The position numbers were made by a program, and so were the translations under genes. Shown here one piece after another: positions 11,252-23,378 of a stretch of 64,000 bases of DNA; position 1 is the stretch's first letter, and each line of letters starts with the position of its first letter. A model generated the notes under the pieces. It was not told the DNA's origin and searched no databases. It was given only the letters and a program-made list of their open reading frames with translations. The stretch covers positions 22,444,001 through 22,508,000 of the forward strand of contig OZ024758.1 in the NCBI GenBank assembly GCA_964016885.1, in the 5' to 3' direction. The stretch comes from Eledone cirrhosa (Eukaryota).

Positions 11252-11302
11252 ATTTCAATCAGACAAAGAGCATCTCATATAAAGTCAAAGTCTTCCTCTT
11301 AA
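11252..11302 (+). CDS. Terminal coding exon (ISIRQRASHIKSKSSS-stop)
   Basis: Strong acceptor ttttctctctccag, in frame to TAA at 11300-11302; AATAAA at ~11572. Confidence 0.65.
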   Translation: MSIRQRASHIKSKSSS

Positions 11303-13247
11303 CATGCCATCCAACTTTCAATGAAATTATTAAAAGAAGAAGATAAATGATATTTGAGAAGTCGGATGCTGTTTTATTTTCTGTTGTAAATGGATTACAC
11401 CTACAAGATGGTGTCATCTTATCTTGAACAGAATTTATGGTGCAGTTCCTGCTTATGTGTCCTCAGGAAGTCTATGAAGACTTCCAGATATTGCAAAGAA
11501 ACGATGGGTACTTGTTTTCTAAGTATGGTGGAATGATCTTCATAAAGGTGGCAAGATAAGTGTATTTTGACAATAAAAACTACAGATATGCATTTTTTTT
11601 TTCTATATTTTTTTTCAAAGACTTGATTGGAGTTGCTGGTTTGGAAATAAGTTTTATAACTCAACTATAGTGAATACAAGAGGAAATTTAAAAAAAATTA
11701 GATATATATATACAAACCTGCACAACTTTACTTTAACCTTTAGCATACTAGTAATTTTTACGAGTTGTTTCCCTTGACACTGTAAAGGGGAGATTACTCT
11801 ATGGTGCATTTTGTCGCCTCCAGTGCTCTAAAGGTTAAATATAAAAAAAAAAAAAAGGAAGTTGGTATCGTGAATAATACTTTAAAAGAACAATGTGTGT
11901 TCCATTTAGATGAATGAAATTTAAGCAAGATTAGATATATTTACAAACCTGAACAACTTTAAATATTTAAAAAAAAAATATTATTATGGATAATATTTGA
12001 AAGAACAATGTGTGTTCCATTTGTTATTAAAAAATGTCTTGGATGAAACGAATGAAAGTTTTGAGATTAGATATTTAGATATGTTATATTTGTTAATTGT
12101 TAGCATTGAATGTTATAACCATCGTCTCTGTTTCTTTTCTCAATCAATGTAAACAATTTTCTTTTGTGTGTTCTGATGTATGTGTATGAAAGAAAACTTC
12201 ATAGCCATCAAGCTAGACATCCACAAACCCCTGCATATTTTGAGCTTCCTGAATTCAATTTATTTCTTTGCTAGTAATCTCTCCATATAATATTCCATTA
12301 TTTTTTTCGTGGATTGGCAGTATCAGTAGAGCGCCAGACACCATGCTTTGCAGCATAGTTATGGCCCTTTATGTTCTGAGTTCAAATCCCGCCTAGGTTA
12401 ACTTTGCCTTTCATCCTTACTGGGTTGATAAAATAAAGTACCAGTAATGCACTGGTGTTAATTGCTGGCCTTGTGCCAAAAGTAGAACCAATTATTCTTT
12501 GGATAATCATCAGCAACTGTTTGCCATTTGGAATTAATGTAATTGTCACATTCATGTACCTCTCTTAGTGTGGGAATCAGGATTTATATACAATGTTTCC
12601 ATCCCCTAAGCCAGGTTTTAGGTTTTATTCTTTGACACAGTCAAACATATTTCTTTGACAACCATTTTTACTTTTACTTGGGTATATATTTTGTTCAGTA
12701 ACCATTCCATTGCCTGATCAAGTAAATATGGTTTATTCTAAAAAAATCTTTCATCGAATACATTAATATTCTAGTGTTCTTTACTCACCTCACGGCAAAA
12801 ATGTATTTCCTATAGTTTCACACTTCTAGAAAATATGTTGGGAGTTCATTTATTTTTCTGAAAAGAATAATTTAGTTTTTTTGCATTTTATTGCAGTATA
12901 GGGTTGTGGATTGGCAGTATCGGTAGAGCGTCATACAACATGCTTTATAGCATAGTGTTACGTCCCTTTACGATCTGAGTTCAATTCCTGCTGAGGTTAG
13001 CTTTACCTTTCATCCTTACGGGGGTCGATAAAATAAAGTAGCAGTAATGCACTGGGGTTTGATTTAATGGACTTTCCCCTCTCCTAAAATGTTTAGCCTT
13101 GTGCCTAGAGTAGAAATCGTTGTGACACAGTGTGTTGTGTTAGGACTTATTGTTGATCTGACAGGATCTGGTATTACTATTTTCTGTTACTACTTGAGTG
13201 AGTTTCACAATTAACCATATATGCTCTATCTTAACTCTTTAGCATTG

Positions 13248-13274
13248 CTATATATATATATATATATATAACAT

Positions 13275-13330
<56 letters not shown>

Positions 13331-13615
13331 CATTACTATATATATATATATATATAGCATTACTATATATATATATATATATATATATAGCATTACTATA
13401 TATATATATATATATAGCATTACTATATATATATATATATATAGCATTACTATATATATATATATATATAGCATTACTATATATATATATATATATAGCA
13501 TTACTATATATATATATATATATATAGCATTACTATATATATATATATATATAGCATTACTATATATATATATATATATATATCATTACTATATCTATAT
13601 AGCATTACTATATAT

Positions 13616-13658
<43 letters not shown>

Positions 13659-13752
13659 TATATATATAGGAAGTGTGGTAAGGAACCAGGTGGACTACAA
13701 CGCCCTAGCTGTCGAACTGGCCAGAGCACAGCCGTCGGGGTCTTGACTCTTT

Positions 13753-13798
<46 letters not shown>

Positions 13799-13799
13799 A

Positions 13800-13837
<38 letters not shown>

Positions 13838-13838
13838 A

Positions 13839-13878
<40 letters not shown>

Positions 13879-13879
13879 A

Positions 13880-13927
<48 letters not shown>

Positions 13928-13990
13928 ATGCTATATATATATATATATAGTAATGCTATATATATATATATTTATATTTATATATATATA
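13248..13990. repeat. (TA)n array punctuated by GCATTAC (left) and GTAAT(A/G)C (right) around a ~90-bp core
   Basis: Directly visible; the spacer motifs are reverse complements. Confidence 0.9.
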
Positions 13991-14257
13991 TTTATATCTA
14001 CTCAATCCAGCATATATATAACTTAAAGGTGGCTTAAGTATATTCTCAAGCCACCTTCAAGTTAAATACCTGAAGAGATGTTCATTGATACAGTTGGAAG
14101 ATACATTAAGCAAGTTCATTTAGCATTCTATGATTACGTATATATATGTTGTTTAATTAAGGATATGCATATCTGAGGAGATTCCAGAGAGTAGATGACA
14201 TTGTTTCCTATGCCTTGATTTCCCAGCTCTTCTTGCTTGTTTCAATAGATCTTCCTT

Positions 14258-14830
14258 TTCTTCATCTTTGCCCACTTATTCCTGAGAGGATTGTGGAGGC
14301 AGAGTCCTCAAACACTCCTGACAGGGGGCTCCCGTCAGAGGCAACCATCTCCAACTGATCCAGTTGTATCCCCAAGTGTGAGCAGTTGAGCTCATGGATG
14401 TTATCCAACCATCTTGCTTGAGGGCTACCCCTGTGTCTCCTGCTGGCTGGTTTTGCCAGTAAAATCTGTCCAGAGATTCTTTCCCGAGACATTCTGACCA
14501 CATGTCCATAGTATCAGAGCTGTGATCTCTCAATTCTGAGAATTAGCGGCTCTACCTGGAGTGACTCCAGTGATTCTTTCCTGAGACATTCTGACCACAT
14601 GTCCATAGTATCAGATCTGTGATCTCTCAATTCTGAGAATTTGCGGCTCTACCTGGAGTGACTCCAGTGATTCTTTCCTGAGACATTCTAACCACATGTC
14701 CATAGTATCAGAGCTGTGATCTCTCAATTCTGAGAATTAGCGGCTCTACCTGGAGTGACTCCAGTGATTCTTTCCTGAGACATTCTGACCACATGTCCAT
14801 AGTATCAGAGCTGTGATCTCTCTATTCAGA
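14258..14830 (-). mobile_element. RTE-clade LINE 3' fragment with a 97-bp internal tandem repeat (~3.5 copies)
   Basis: YGHVVRMSRERISGQILLAKP..RG.P.ARWLDNI; unit starts at 14486, 14583, 14680, 14777; same family at 63215-63520. Confidence 0.85.
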
Positions 14831-15632
14831 GATTGTGTTTCAATAGATGCAAAATATTTTCTTTTCATTGGCTCTTCAGGTTTCTGTTGCTAACTACACA
14901 GCTGAACCAGTTAGACAAACTGAGACAAGTAGAGTTATGTACCTTGCTCTGATGTTTAACAAGGACTAGTAAGGTATGAACTTATGGTTTTCTGGTGAAC
15001 TCTACAGTTCCTTAATCTTCAAAATGTCTGAGTTTGTTTGTTAAATATTTCTGAATTTTTTCTGATAACATATCAGTCGAATGTTATAATGATAGTTTTG
15101 TCATTTAGTAAATCTTTTAAGTTTCTGACTTTTAATAAAAGATTATTTCAGATTTTAAGTTTCAGTAAGGTTATCCAAGAATCTGGAAAATATATTTTCA
15201 GAATTTGTTCATTCCGACTTTAAGTTAATGTTTAGAATTATTGGTCTTGATCAACATGAAAATTAACATTAAAAAAATAATTCTTAATTATATATTTTTG
15301 TTAAATACAATTCTGTATCTCCATTTAATTTTAAATGTCAGTCTATATTGCAGTTAAGAGTAGGTGTCTGGTTTTTTGACAATATTCTTTATGCTTTGTG
15401 TATGCTTGAAACATCTAAGGAGTAGCTTTGCTGCAGCTTCCGTTCTTTGATCCTGCCACTGATTCGTGTTCAGGAATCATCTTGCTAACTTTATTCCATA
15501 CTCTCCAAATGCATGTGTAACAGACACACACATTCACACAAATTTTATTTGGTTGTCATATATATATATACACACACATATCTATCTATCTATCTATAAT
15601 ATATATATATATATATATAATTATTTTATATA

Positions 15633-16448
15633 GAAATGGCTTAAGTTTTGAATGAAAAGAATACTTTGGGGATGAAAAGAGGTCAAGCTGGTAAAGGGTA
15701 CAAGAAAATTTGATGTTATTAAAGAATAGTGTTAAAAATGAAGGAAAGTAAAATTTTAGGATAAGTGAGAAATACCAATCTTATTTAAACCACAAGGAAT
15801 TTAGATCTATAATGTGGTTAGAAAAAGCTATCTCACTTACCCCTTTTCATAGGCGCCGCTAAATCCCATGTCTGGTTTCTCCTCTTCCACGTGCATCCAA
15901 CTCATTAACACCCGGGAGCTGCCAAACTTGCGTCCACACCGTTCCTGGTCACCACTAGAGAGAGACCGATCTGCTGGCCCTTCCGGTCGAGCACCCTTCC
16001 GGCAAACCACCTTTCCGGTCAAGCACTCTTCCGGTCGAGCACTCCCTAGCTTCCGGCCACCGCACACCACACCATACCCACATATAACAAGAAATTAAAT
16101 TAATTGAGAGGTATACTTGTAGGGATAAATTTATATTACTTCATATGGATGTGATAAATAAGAATTAGATGTTATTAAAGAAAGTTGTTAAAAACGAAGG
16201 AAAATAAAATGTTGGGATAAGGGTAGTAGTTAGAAATACCAATCTTATATAAACTACAAGGAATCTAGATTCATAACAGGAAATTAAATTAATTTAGATG
16301 TATACTTTTAGGTATTAATTTTAGGAAAAGAGAGCTGTAAGAGGGAAATAAAATTATGAAGTTCTCTGTAGTAAAGTACTAATTTTAGGTTAACTAAATT
16401 AAAAAAACTAATTATAATAATATGTAAAATATAAGTGTAAGGTGTATA
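15633..16448 (-). mobile_element. Probable 3' UTR of the decayed PLE, with internal duplications and a GC-rich island
   Basis: Continuous with the ORF stop; 15701-15815 resembles 16160-16275; bounded by (TA)n. Confidence 0.5.
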
Positions 16449-18120
16449 TTAATTAGGTTTATAATATTTGAAAGTTCTTCTAATTCTATGATTGCAAGAT
16501 ATAATTAATTCTTGTTGCTTATTTAATAGGATATCCTTAGATTTCATTATTTCAAAAAGTTCCTGGGAACATAATCTACACTCATATCTGTTATTTTGAT
16601 AAGGGGTGGCCCTTTTGAGCACACTCCAGGTCAGGTTGTAATCGATATTCTTTTTTCTATAATTATTAATTGTTTCAGCCAAGGATGTTGTATTAGCTAA
16701 TGCGGCATTTTTAAAACTATGTTTGTGGGTATTAAATCTTAATTTAAATTGGTTAGACATAGCTCTTATATATGAATAAGTGGAGTCCTTAGTGCTAATT
16801 TTTATGTTATTAATAAGACAATTTCCCTTTAATGGGCAATTTATTTTGTTTCTACAGTTACAACCATTCGTGAATATTATATCGGGGGAGTTAGTCAAAT
16901 TTGGTGTGGAATTTATTTGACTTGTTATATGTGAAGGAGATGGTGGTTTGTTGCAGTTTATTTTAGTATTATGGTTGGTTTGATGTGTTGGTGGTATATT
17001 CGTGGTTTTTTTACATTTATATGCATTGTATGCACTTATATTTTTTTGGTAGTGGAGTAGGAAAATTTGACAGTTGATCTATTTAAAATTTGATGGTATT
17101 TATGGTTTGGCGGGAACTTTTTCTCTAGGATAGTAAAAAAATTTTTAAGGATATTATCTTTAATTTGTAGATTAAATCGAGCATTATACCAAGTAACCCG
17201 TCTATTACAGTTTCGATATTGTTTTTTATATTTATATGATGTATCAGGATGTTTACTAAGAGAGTTACTATTAGTGAATTTATTATATATAGGTTTAGTT
17301 AGATTAACTGATTTAGGTGTTTTAGTCTGATTATTAGGAATTTTCTTAGTAATATTGTTAACATATATTGGAGTATTAGGATGAATGGTTTTTTGAAAGT
17401 CATTATATTTTATGTGAGAAGAGGTAGAGAAATTAAGTTTTAGGTTGGTATTTTGAGGTGTAGTGTGAGTGGCATTTAGGTGTGGGTTTTTCATTTGGTG
17501 TTTGTTGGTAATATTGGGTTGTATGTTTGAAGTATTATTGGTGCAAGGTATATATACTAATTTGTTTTTGTGGCCGCTTCTAGCTAAAGCTTTGTTATAA
17601 AAGGGCGCGTTTTTATCGAATACATCCTGGTTAGATGAAAGGTTAGAGATTCTGAGTGAGATAGTATATGCTAGGTTTTTAAGGATAGATCTAGGGTGAT
17701 TGGATTGTGAGTGTATGTAATGTAAGTTTTGGTTAGGTTTATGGTAAGGTTGGTAGATACTCGTAGATAAGTCTAAAGTTATATCTAGGAAATTAACTAT
17801 TTTACTGGTGTTTTCAAATGTAGTAGTGAGATTGTAATAGTCTTTGAGAAAAGTTCTAAGTTTTTTATTTTTTTCGATTTCTGATAGGCTAAGATTAGTG
17901 GAAAGAAGACGGTCATCACGATATAAACCACCTTTAAGGTGGGGAAAAGAAGAATTTATGTTAAATAGAAGAAAGAGGCCCACAAGATCGGTAATTTAGG
18001 CAGAATCACTAGAGCCCATAGTAATATCGAAGAGATTACTATATGTATTTCTGGTCCAGTATTCCTTCTGAAATTCCAATAGTGTTTGTCTAGCGTGTGT
18101 GATAATATTAATGTCATCAT
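16449..18120 (-). pseudogene. 5'-truncated, decayed Penelope-like (Naiad-type) element: RT C-terminal half + GIY-YIG endonuclease
   Basis: FDITMGSSDSA*ITDLVG, GLYRDD, NFLDITLDL, YHKPN..YIH..SNHP, CNCR..CPLKGNCL, YI....FKLRF..H..SF, C.LC..E, LLNK..EL...C.H; one stop and a frameshift near 17036. Confidence 0.9.
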
Positions 18121-18124
18121 ATAT

Positions 18125-18166
<42 letters not shown>

Positions 18167-18194
18167 ATATATGATATATAAGTTTTAATATAGA

Positions 18195-18249
18195 TGAGAT
18201 TCTACAGGACTAGAACTGTTTCATTCTTTAGAAATCATCAGGAATCACA
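18195..18249 (-). ncRNA. Canonical type I hammerhead ribozyme motif
   Basis: GATTC-CTGATGA-tTTCtaaaGAAt-GAAA-CAGttctagtcCTG-TA-GAATC: intact core, perfect 5-bp stem I, 4-bp stem III. Confidence 0.85.
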
Positions 18250-18522
18250 TTAGAGAGGGCATCAGGAATCACATTAGAGAGGGCATATATATGATATATA
18301 TATATATGATATATGATATATGTATATATGATTATAATATATTTCACTTTGATGACTTCACAGTACTATGTGGTATGACATTTAGTTGTAAATGTGACTC
18401 ACAACTTGATCCCTTTGTGTGGTTCTTTGGATAACTGTTTTCTACTATAGCTTCAGAATGACGAGTCTTGAGTGAAATTTAGCAGACGGAAAATATGTAG
18501 AAGCTTGTTGGATGTGTGTGTG

Positions 18523-18625
<103 letters not shown>

Positions 18626-20129
18626 CATTGGTGTTTAACGTTCACTTTCCATGCTAGCATGGGTTAGATGGGTTGCCCCATTTGTGGTAAGTTGGGTCAG
18701 GTGACTGAATCCTGCTCATACAGAACTGTTTCTGGCTCTCTTTTTCTCTCTCTCTCTAAATAAATTGGCATGGGATGTACTCTGTGCTGTAGAATTCACC
18801 CTCACTTACTTACCTTGATGTTCAAGTTGATTATGATGGTGAAGGGTTTATATATATACAAGACAAAGTACTATGTTCATATCTTCAGCTTAAAAAAACA
18901 TTGAAGGCAGTGTCTCAGTTTAATGGCTGTTCAATGATTGAAACCAGTATCAATATTTCTGTATCGTATTTGATTCTGGTACATTCCATGATGCAATACC
19001 ATTGAAGTTTGTTCATGCAGTAGGAATACAGACTCTAAGATTTTATCAAGCCTTTCCTAATGTATTTATTTGTGGTGTAATCTTTAAGTTTATTTGGAAG
19101 TCTACCCTACAAATTTATTGGGATATAAAAAAAGCATCTGTTGTTTCATTAAATGTTTTCTTTGTCAATGAAAACAAATAAATAAGATGGAATCATTTGT
19201 TCTTGTTTTGTAAGAATATATGTATATACACATCACCAGAAATATTCCTTCTACTCCAAGTAGTCTGTTTTCTGTTGTGGTTTAGTTTACTGAACAGAAA
19301 TTTAACAAATCACAATATCAGTGATAAACTTGTATCGGGAGTCTGTCGTCTTTTACTGCAGAATAAATCTTGTTTAAAGGTGTTGTTTCAGCAACTCTCA
19401 TTGAAGGCTTTTGGATGTTGTTTCTGCTTGGCAGTAATATTCAAGAGAAGAGGTTGAATGCCTGCTATATTCTCTTACTCTTTTACCTGCTCCAGTCATC
19501 CGGCTGAGGCCATGCTGGGCACTGCCCTTGTTTCTACACATTTTATCTCCAGTCTGTGTTGGCTGGCCATTGGTGTAAGAGAGAATTTGTTGCTGCTGCC
19601 CTTAGGTTACCTTCATACCATGCTGTGGGCTGATCTGGGATCCTGGATAGCAAGATGTCTTATATAAAATGTTTGCATGTTATCAAGGAAATGATATAAT
19701 GCTGTGATACCTTTTGATTCTAATCAACACTTCATTATGAATTATGAATCAAATGTGTTGTCAATCAGAGATCAAAGAGAGAGTTATATGCATTTTTAGG
19801 GGCCTAACACATTAGATATAGTAAGGTTTGAACTCGTGACAATGTGTTCAGTAGGCTTGTACCTTTGAATGTCATAGCAATTGTTCACAAGTATGACTTT
19901 AAAGAAACTAATTTGAATTCAGAATCGGTTCATATTTTCTGGTTATAGTTACAAGACTTCACCAATCCTATGGCATTTACTGCCATATTTATGCCACTGC
20001 ATAACTCCATTAAGCTCGGGAGCCAACCCCTGTCTGTATTTGTGATGCACTTTACTCTTATGGTGTTCCATTCCCTTCAATTGTTGCTTTTTATATTTGA
20101 GTCTTTGCTCCTTCTCTAGTTTCTATATA

Positions 20130-20570
20130 CTGAAAGGTCACCACCTGATAAGTCTTTAAAGCCACCCAAAGTTATGGGTTTCATGACAGTATGAACAAGG
20201 AGTAAAGGATGAAGAGAAATGGAAGAGTGGTTGCTATAAGTGCAAAAATGACAAATGAACCAACAGTTTGATGAAATTATAACATGGAGAATGGAGAAGT
20301 ACTTATTGACCTTTGACCCCTTCTTAAAAAGGTCAATGCTGTTGCTGCAAGGAAAGCAATCCCTAGGCAGTTTGTTTCATAGAGATGCAGTTCTAGGAAT
20401 GAAACAATTTCCATGAAACTTATGTCTGATGTTAGTAATACGAAGTGTGGAAGGTTTGCTTCAATGGACTTAACCAGATAGGTTCTAGCAGAGAATGTCT
20501 GGGGTTTGGATTGTAGGTTTCTAGTCAGAATCATTAAAAAAGAATTCTGTTACAGGCTGTGTGATTTGGA
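20130..20570 (-). mobile_element. CR1/Jockey-group LINE 3' fragment (decayed)
   Basis: Minus frame FIPRTASL*NKLPRDCFP....LFK...VN. Confidence 0.6.
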
Positions 20571-20642
20571 GTGGCTTTTCCAGTATATATATGTTTACAC
20601 CACTGCCACTATGATTAATCAACAGCAACATAGAATTTATGT

Positions 20643-21025
20643 GTCCGAACACAGAAGAGCCGGACTCCCACTGTCATCACCTCCATCTCTCTTGCCCTCC
20701 CCATCTCTCAGTATTATGAACAAATGGGGTCCCACGTGCTGGTCGCCCCATGGTCCCGACGCCCACCCCATTTCTCTGTATTATGAGCAAATGGGGTCCC
20801 ACGTGCTGGCCGCCCCATGGCACCGACAGACAGAATGGAGAAGGCGTTTCCCCGGAGGATGGTAAGGGAGATGCGCTGGAAGAGCCATTCCATCTCGCAG
20901 GGCTCACACCTGCGGCTAGCCAGCTCAACGCCTATGGTGGTAAGTAGGGAGGTAGCCCTCGGGCTAAGGACACCAGAAGTCTCCACTGCTAGGGGCTCGA
21001 CCACAAACCTGTCGGAGAGCGATTA
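20643..21025 (+). mobile_element. GC-rich structured dispersed repeat of unknown class (also 48228-48445 minus, 39560-39655 minus partial)
   Basis: Three related copies in the window; multiple hairpins. Confidence 0.7.
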
Positions 21026-21307
21026 ATACTTGTTGAACCATTTTGTTTCACTTATAGCTCTAAAGCTCTTTGTAATGTCACAAACCCAGTATTACTTCTT
21101 CCACCACAAATCAACAGAGTTGATCACCCGTAGATGGATATCTCTTTAGGAAATGTCAGGTGAATGGCAGTAAATATTTTGTTATTGACAAATGAATATG
21201 CAATCTTTTCAATAATTCTAAAAAGAAAAAGGAATAAAGACCCATACCTACTAAACTTCTTTCTATCAAACCGTTGCATATTATATGGAGAATTACCTCA
21301 CTGTATA

Positions 21308-21520
21308 TTAATCATCATCATCGTTTTTCTTCTTCTGTCTTTCCATACTTGCATGGGTAGGATAGATTTTCTCCAACACATCTTTCTCCTCAAACCTGCT
21401 ATCTTCCTTCATCATATCCTCTGTAAAGTTTAGTAATTTGAAATGAGCTCTTATTTCTGTCCAAGTAATTCTTGGTCTCCCTTTTCTGCATCTTCTTTTC
21501 ATTGGGATTGTTCAGCACCT
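21308..21520 (-). mobile_element. RTE LINE 3' fragment
   Basis: RRCRKGRPRITWTEI..; same tail type as 4985-5395. Confidence 0.7.
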
Positions 21521-22309
21521 CATTGTTGACCGTGACTTGCTCATACAGGACTAGTTTTGGCTTGGTTTCTACGGTTGGATGCCTTTCCTAACACCAACCA
21601 CATTTACAGTTTGTGCTGGGTGCTTTTTATCGTGATACTTACAGTGTGAACTGGGCACTTTTTGTCGTTTGACCTACATGACCACTTTACAGTGTGGGCT
21701 GGGCACTACTACTAAAATTTTATGTACATGTACTAACAATCAGAGGTTGTGATGCAGTCATTTTCTGACAAATTTCTCTACACTGCAGTTAATGTTATAG
21801 AAGCTAGAGTTAAGTACTAGTTGTATAGGTCCTTATAGTTCATGGAAATTTTGACTTTGTTATTGATTATTTTGACATTTGCTGAATAACTTATTTTCAA
21901 ATGAAGCCAGGAAATAATCAAGAATTATCTTCCCTGTCTGGGTGTTAAAGTGGCCCTTGACTGATTTTGCTCAAATTCTCCCTATCAGAAATTTGTATTG
22001 GTGCTCTGAAATAGCGATATGTATATAATTATTTCGGAGCACCAATACAAGTTTCTAATTGATGCTGGACCGGCTACCACGCCGTATGCAAATGAGTTTC
22101 AACAGCTTATAAACATAAGTGGAGTTCTATAAGAGTCCAGCTTAGCTTAGCTTCAGCAAAGGTGGAGGGATATGTAGTCTTGACAACTGCTTATGAGTGA
22201 GAAATGGTGGCATCTTCGATTGAACAAACACATAATGCAAATAATTGATGGAAAAGTCAGATTTTTTTTTTTTTTTTTTCTTTCTTCTTGATGCCCATTT
22301 CAAGGGGGT

Positions 22310-22345
<36 letters not shown>

Positions 22346-22789
22346 GAAAAAAAAAAAAATTTAATTGAAGAGATTTGATTGCTCACCTTGTTATTATCTA
22401 GTTACCCATAAATATATATCATGTAATTGCTAGCTCTGTATGCAGACAATCAGGAACCAAATATCTCCCCACCCCTCACACATCCCTGATAAACTATGGT
22501 GTCCTATAATGCATATTTTTGTATATTTCTTTGTACGTGTTTGTTTGATAAATGATACTAGAATATTCTAAAATCCATTGGTTTATTATGAAACTAAAGG
22601 GCAGTGGATTGGCAGAATCAATAGAACATCAGACACCATTCTTTGCAGCATAGAGTTATGGCTCTTTATGTTCTGAGTTCAAATCCTGTCAAGGTTGGCA
22701 TTGCCTTTCATCCTTACAGGGTCGATAAAATAAAGCACCAGTAATGCACTGGGGTAATTGCTGGCCTTGTGCCAAAAGTAGAAACAATT

Positions 22790-23378
22790 ATTATAATACT
22801 AAAATTCATTGACTTACTATTATAATACTAAAATTCATTGACTTACTATTATAATACTAAAATTCATTGACTTACTATTATAATACTAAAATTCATTGGT
22901 TTATTATTATAATACTAAAATTCATTGACCTACTATTATAATACTAAAATTCATTGGTTTACTATTATAATACTAAAATTCATTGGTTTACTATTATAAT
23001 ACTAAAATTCATTGACCTACTATTATAATACTAAAATTCATTGGTTTACTATTATAATACTAAAATTCATTGACCTACTATTATAATACTAAAATTCATT
23101 GACCTACTATTATAATACTAAAATTCATTGACTTACTATTATAATACTAAAATTCATTGGTTTATTATTATAATACTAAAATTCATTGGTTTATTATTAT
23201 AATACTAAAATTCATTGGTTTATTATTATAATACTAAAATTCATTGGTTTATTATTATAATACTAAAATTCATTGGTTTATTATTATAATACTAAAATTC
23301 ATTGGTTTATTATTATAATACTAAAATTCATTGGTTTATTATTATAATACTAAAATTCATTGGTTTATTATTATAACT
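22790..23378. repeat. 29-bp minisatellite, ~20 copies
   Basis: Unit ATAATACTAAAATTCATTG(AC/GT)(T/C)TA(C/T)TATT. Confidence 0.95.

Noticed and set aside
14880-14974. Exon-like segment with AG/GT boundaries
   Set aside because: Stops in the frames tested, downstream of the gene's stop, and resembles a decayed SINE.
16449-16898. Selenocysteine recoding as reported for some Naiad PLEs
   Set aside because: The Cys motifs read as Cys with no in-frame TGA, and I could not identify a SECIS by eye here or in 984-3107. The first element's C-terminus is outside the window, so it remains untested.
20726-20820. HDV-like ribozyme suggested by TCCCACGT loops
   Set aside because: Could not find P1, P1.1 or P4/J4-2 in the required order.
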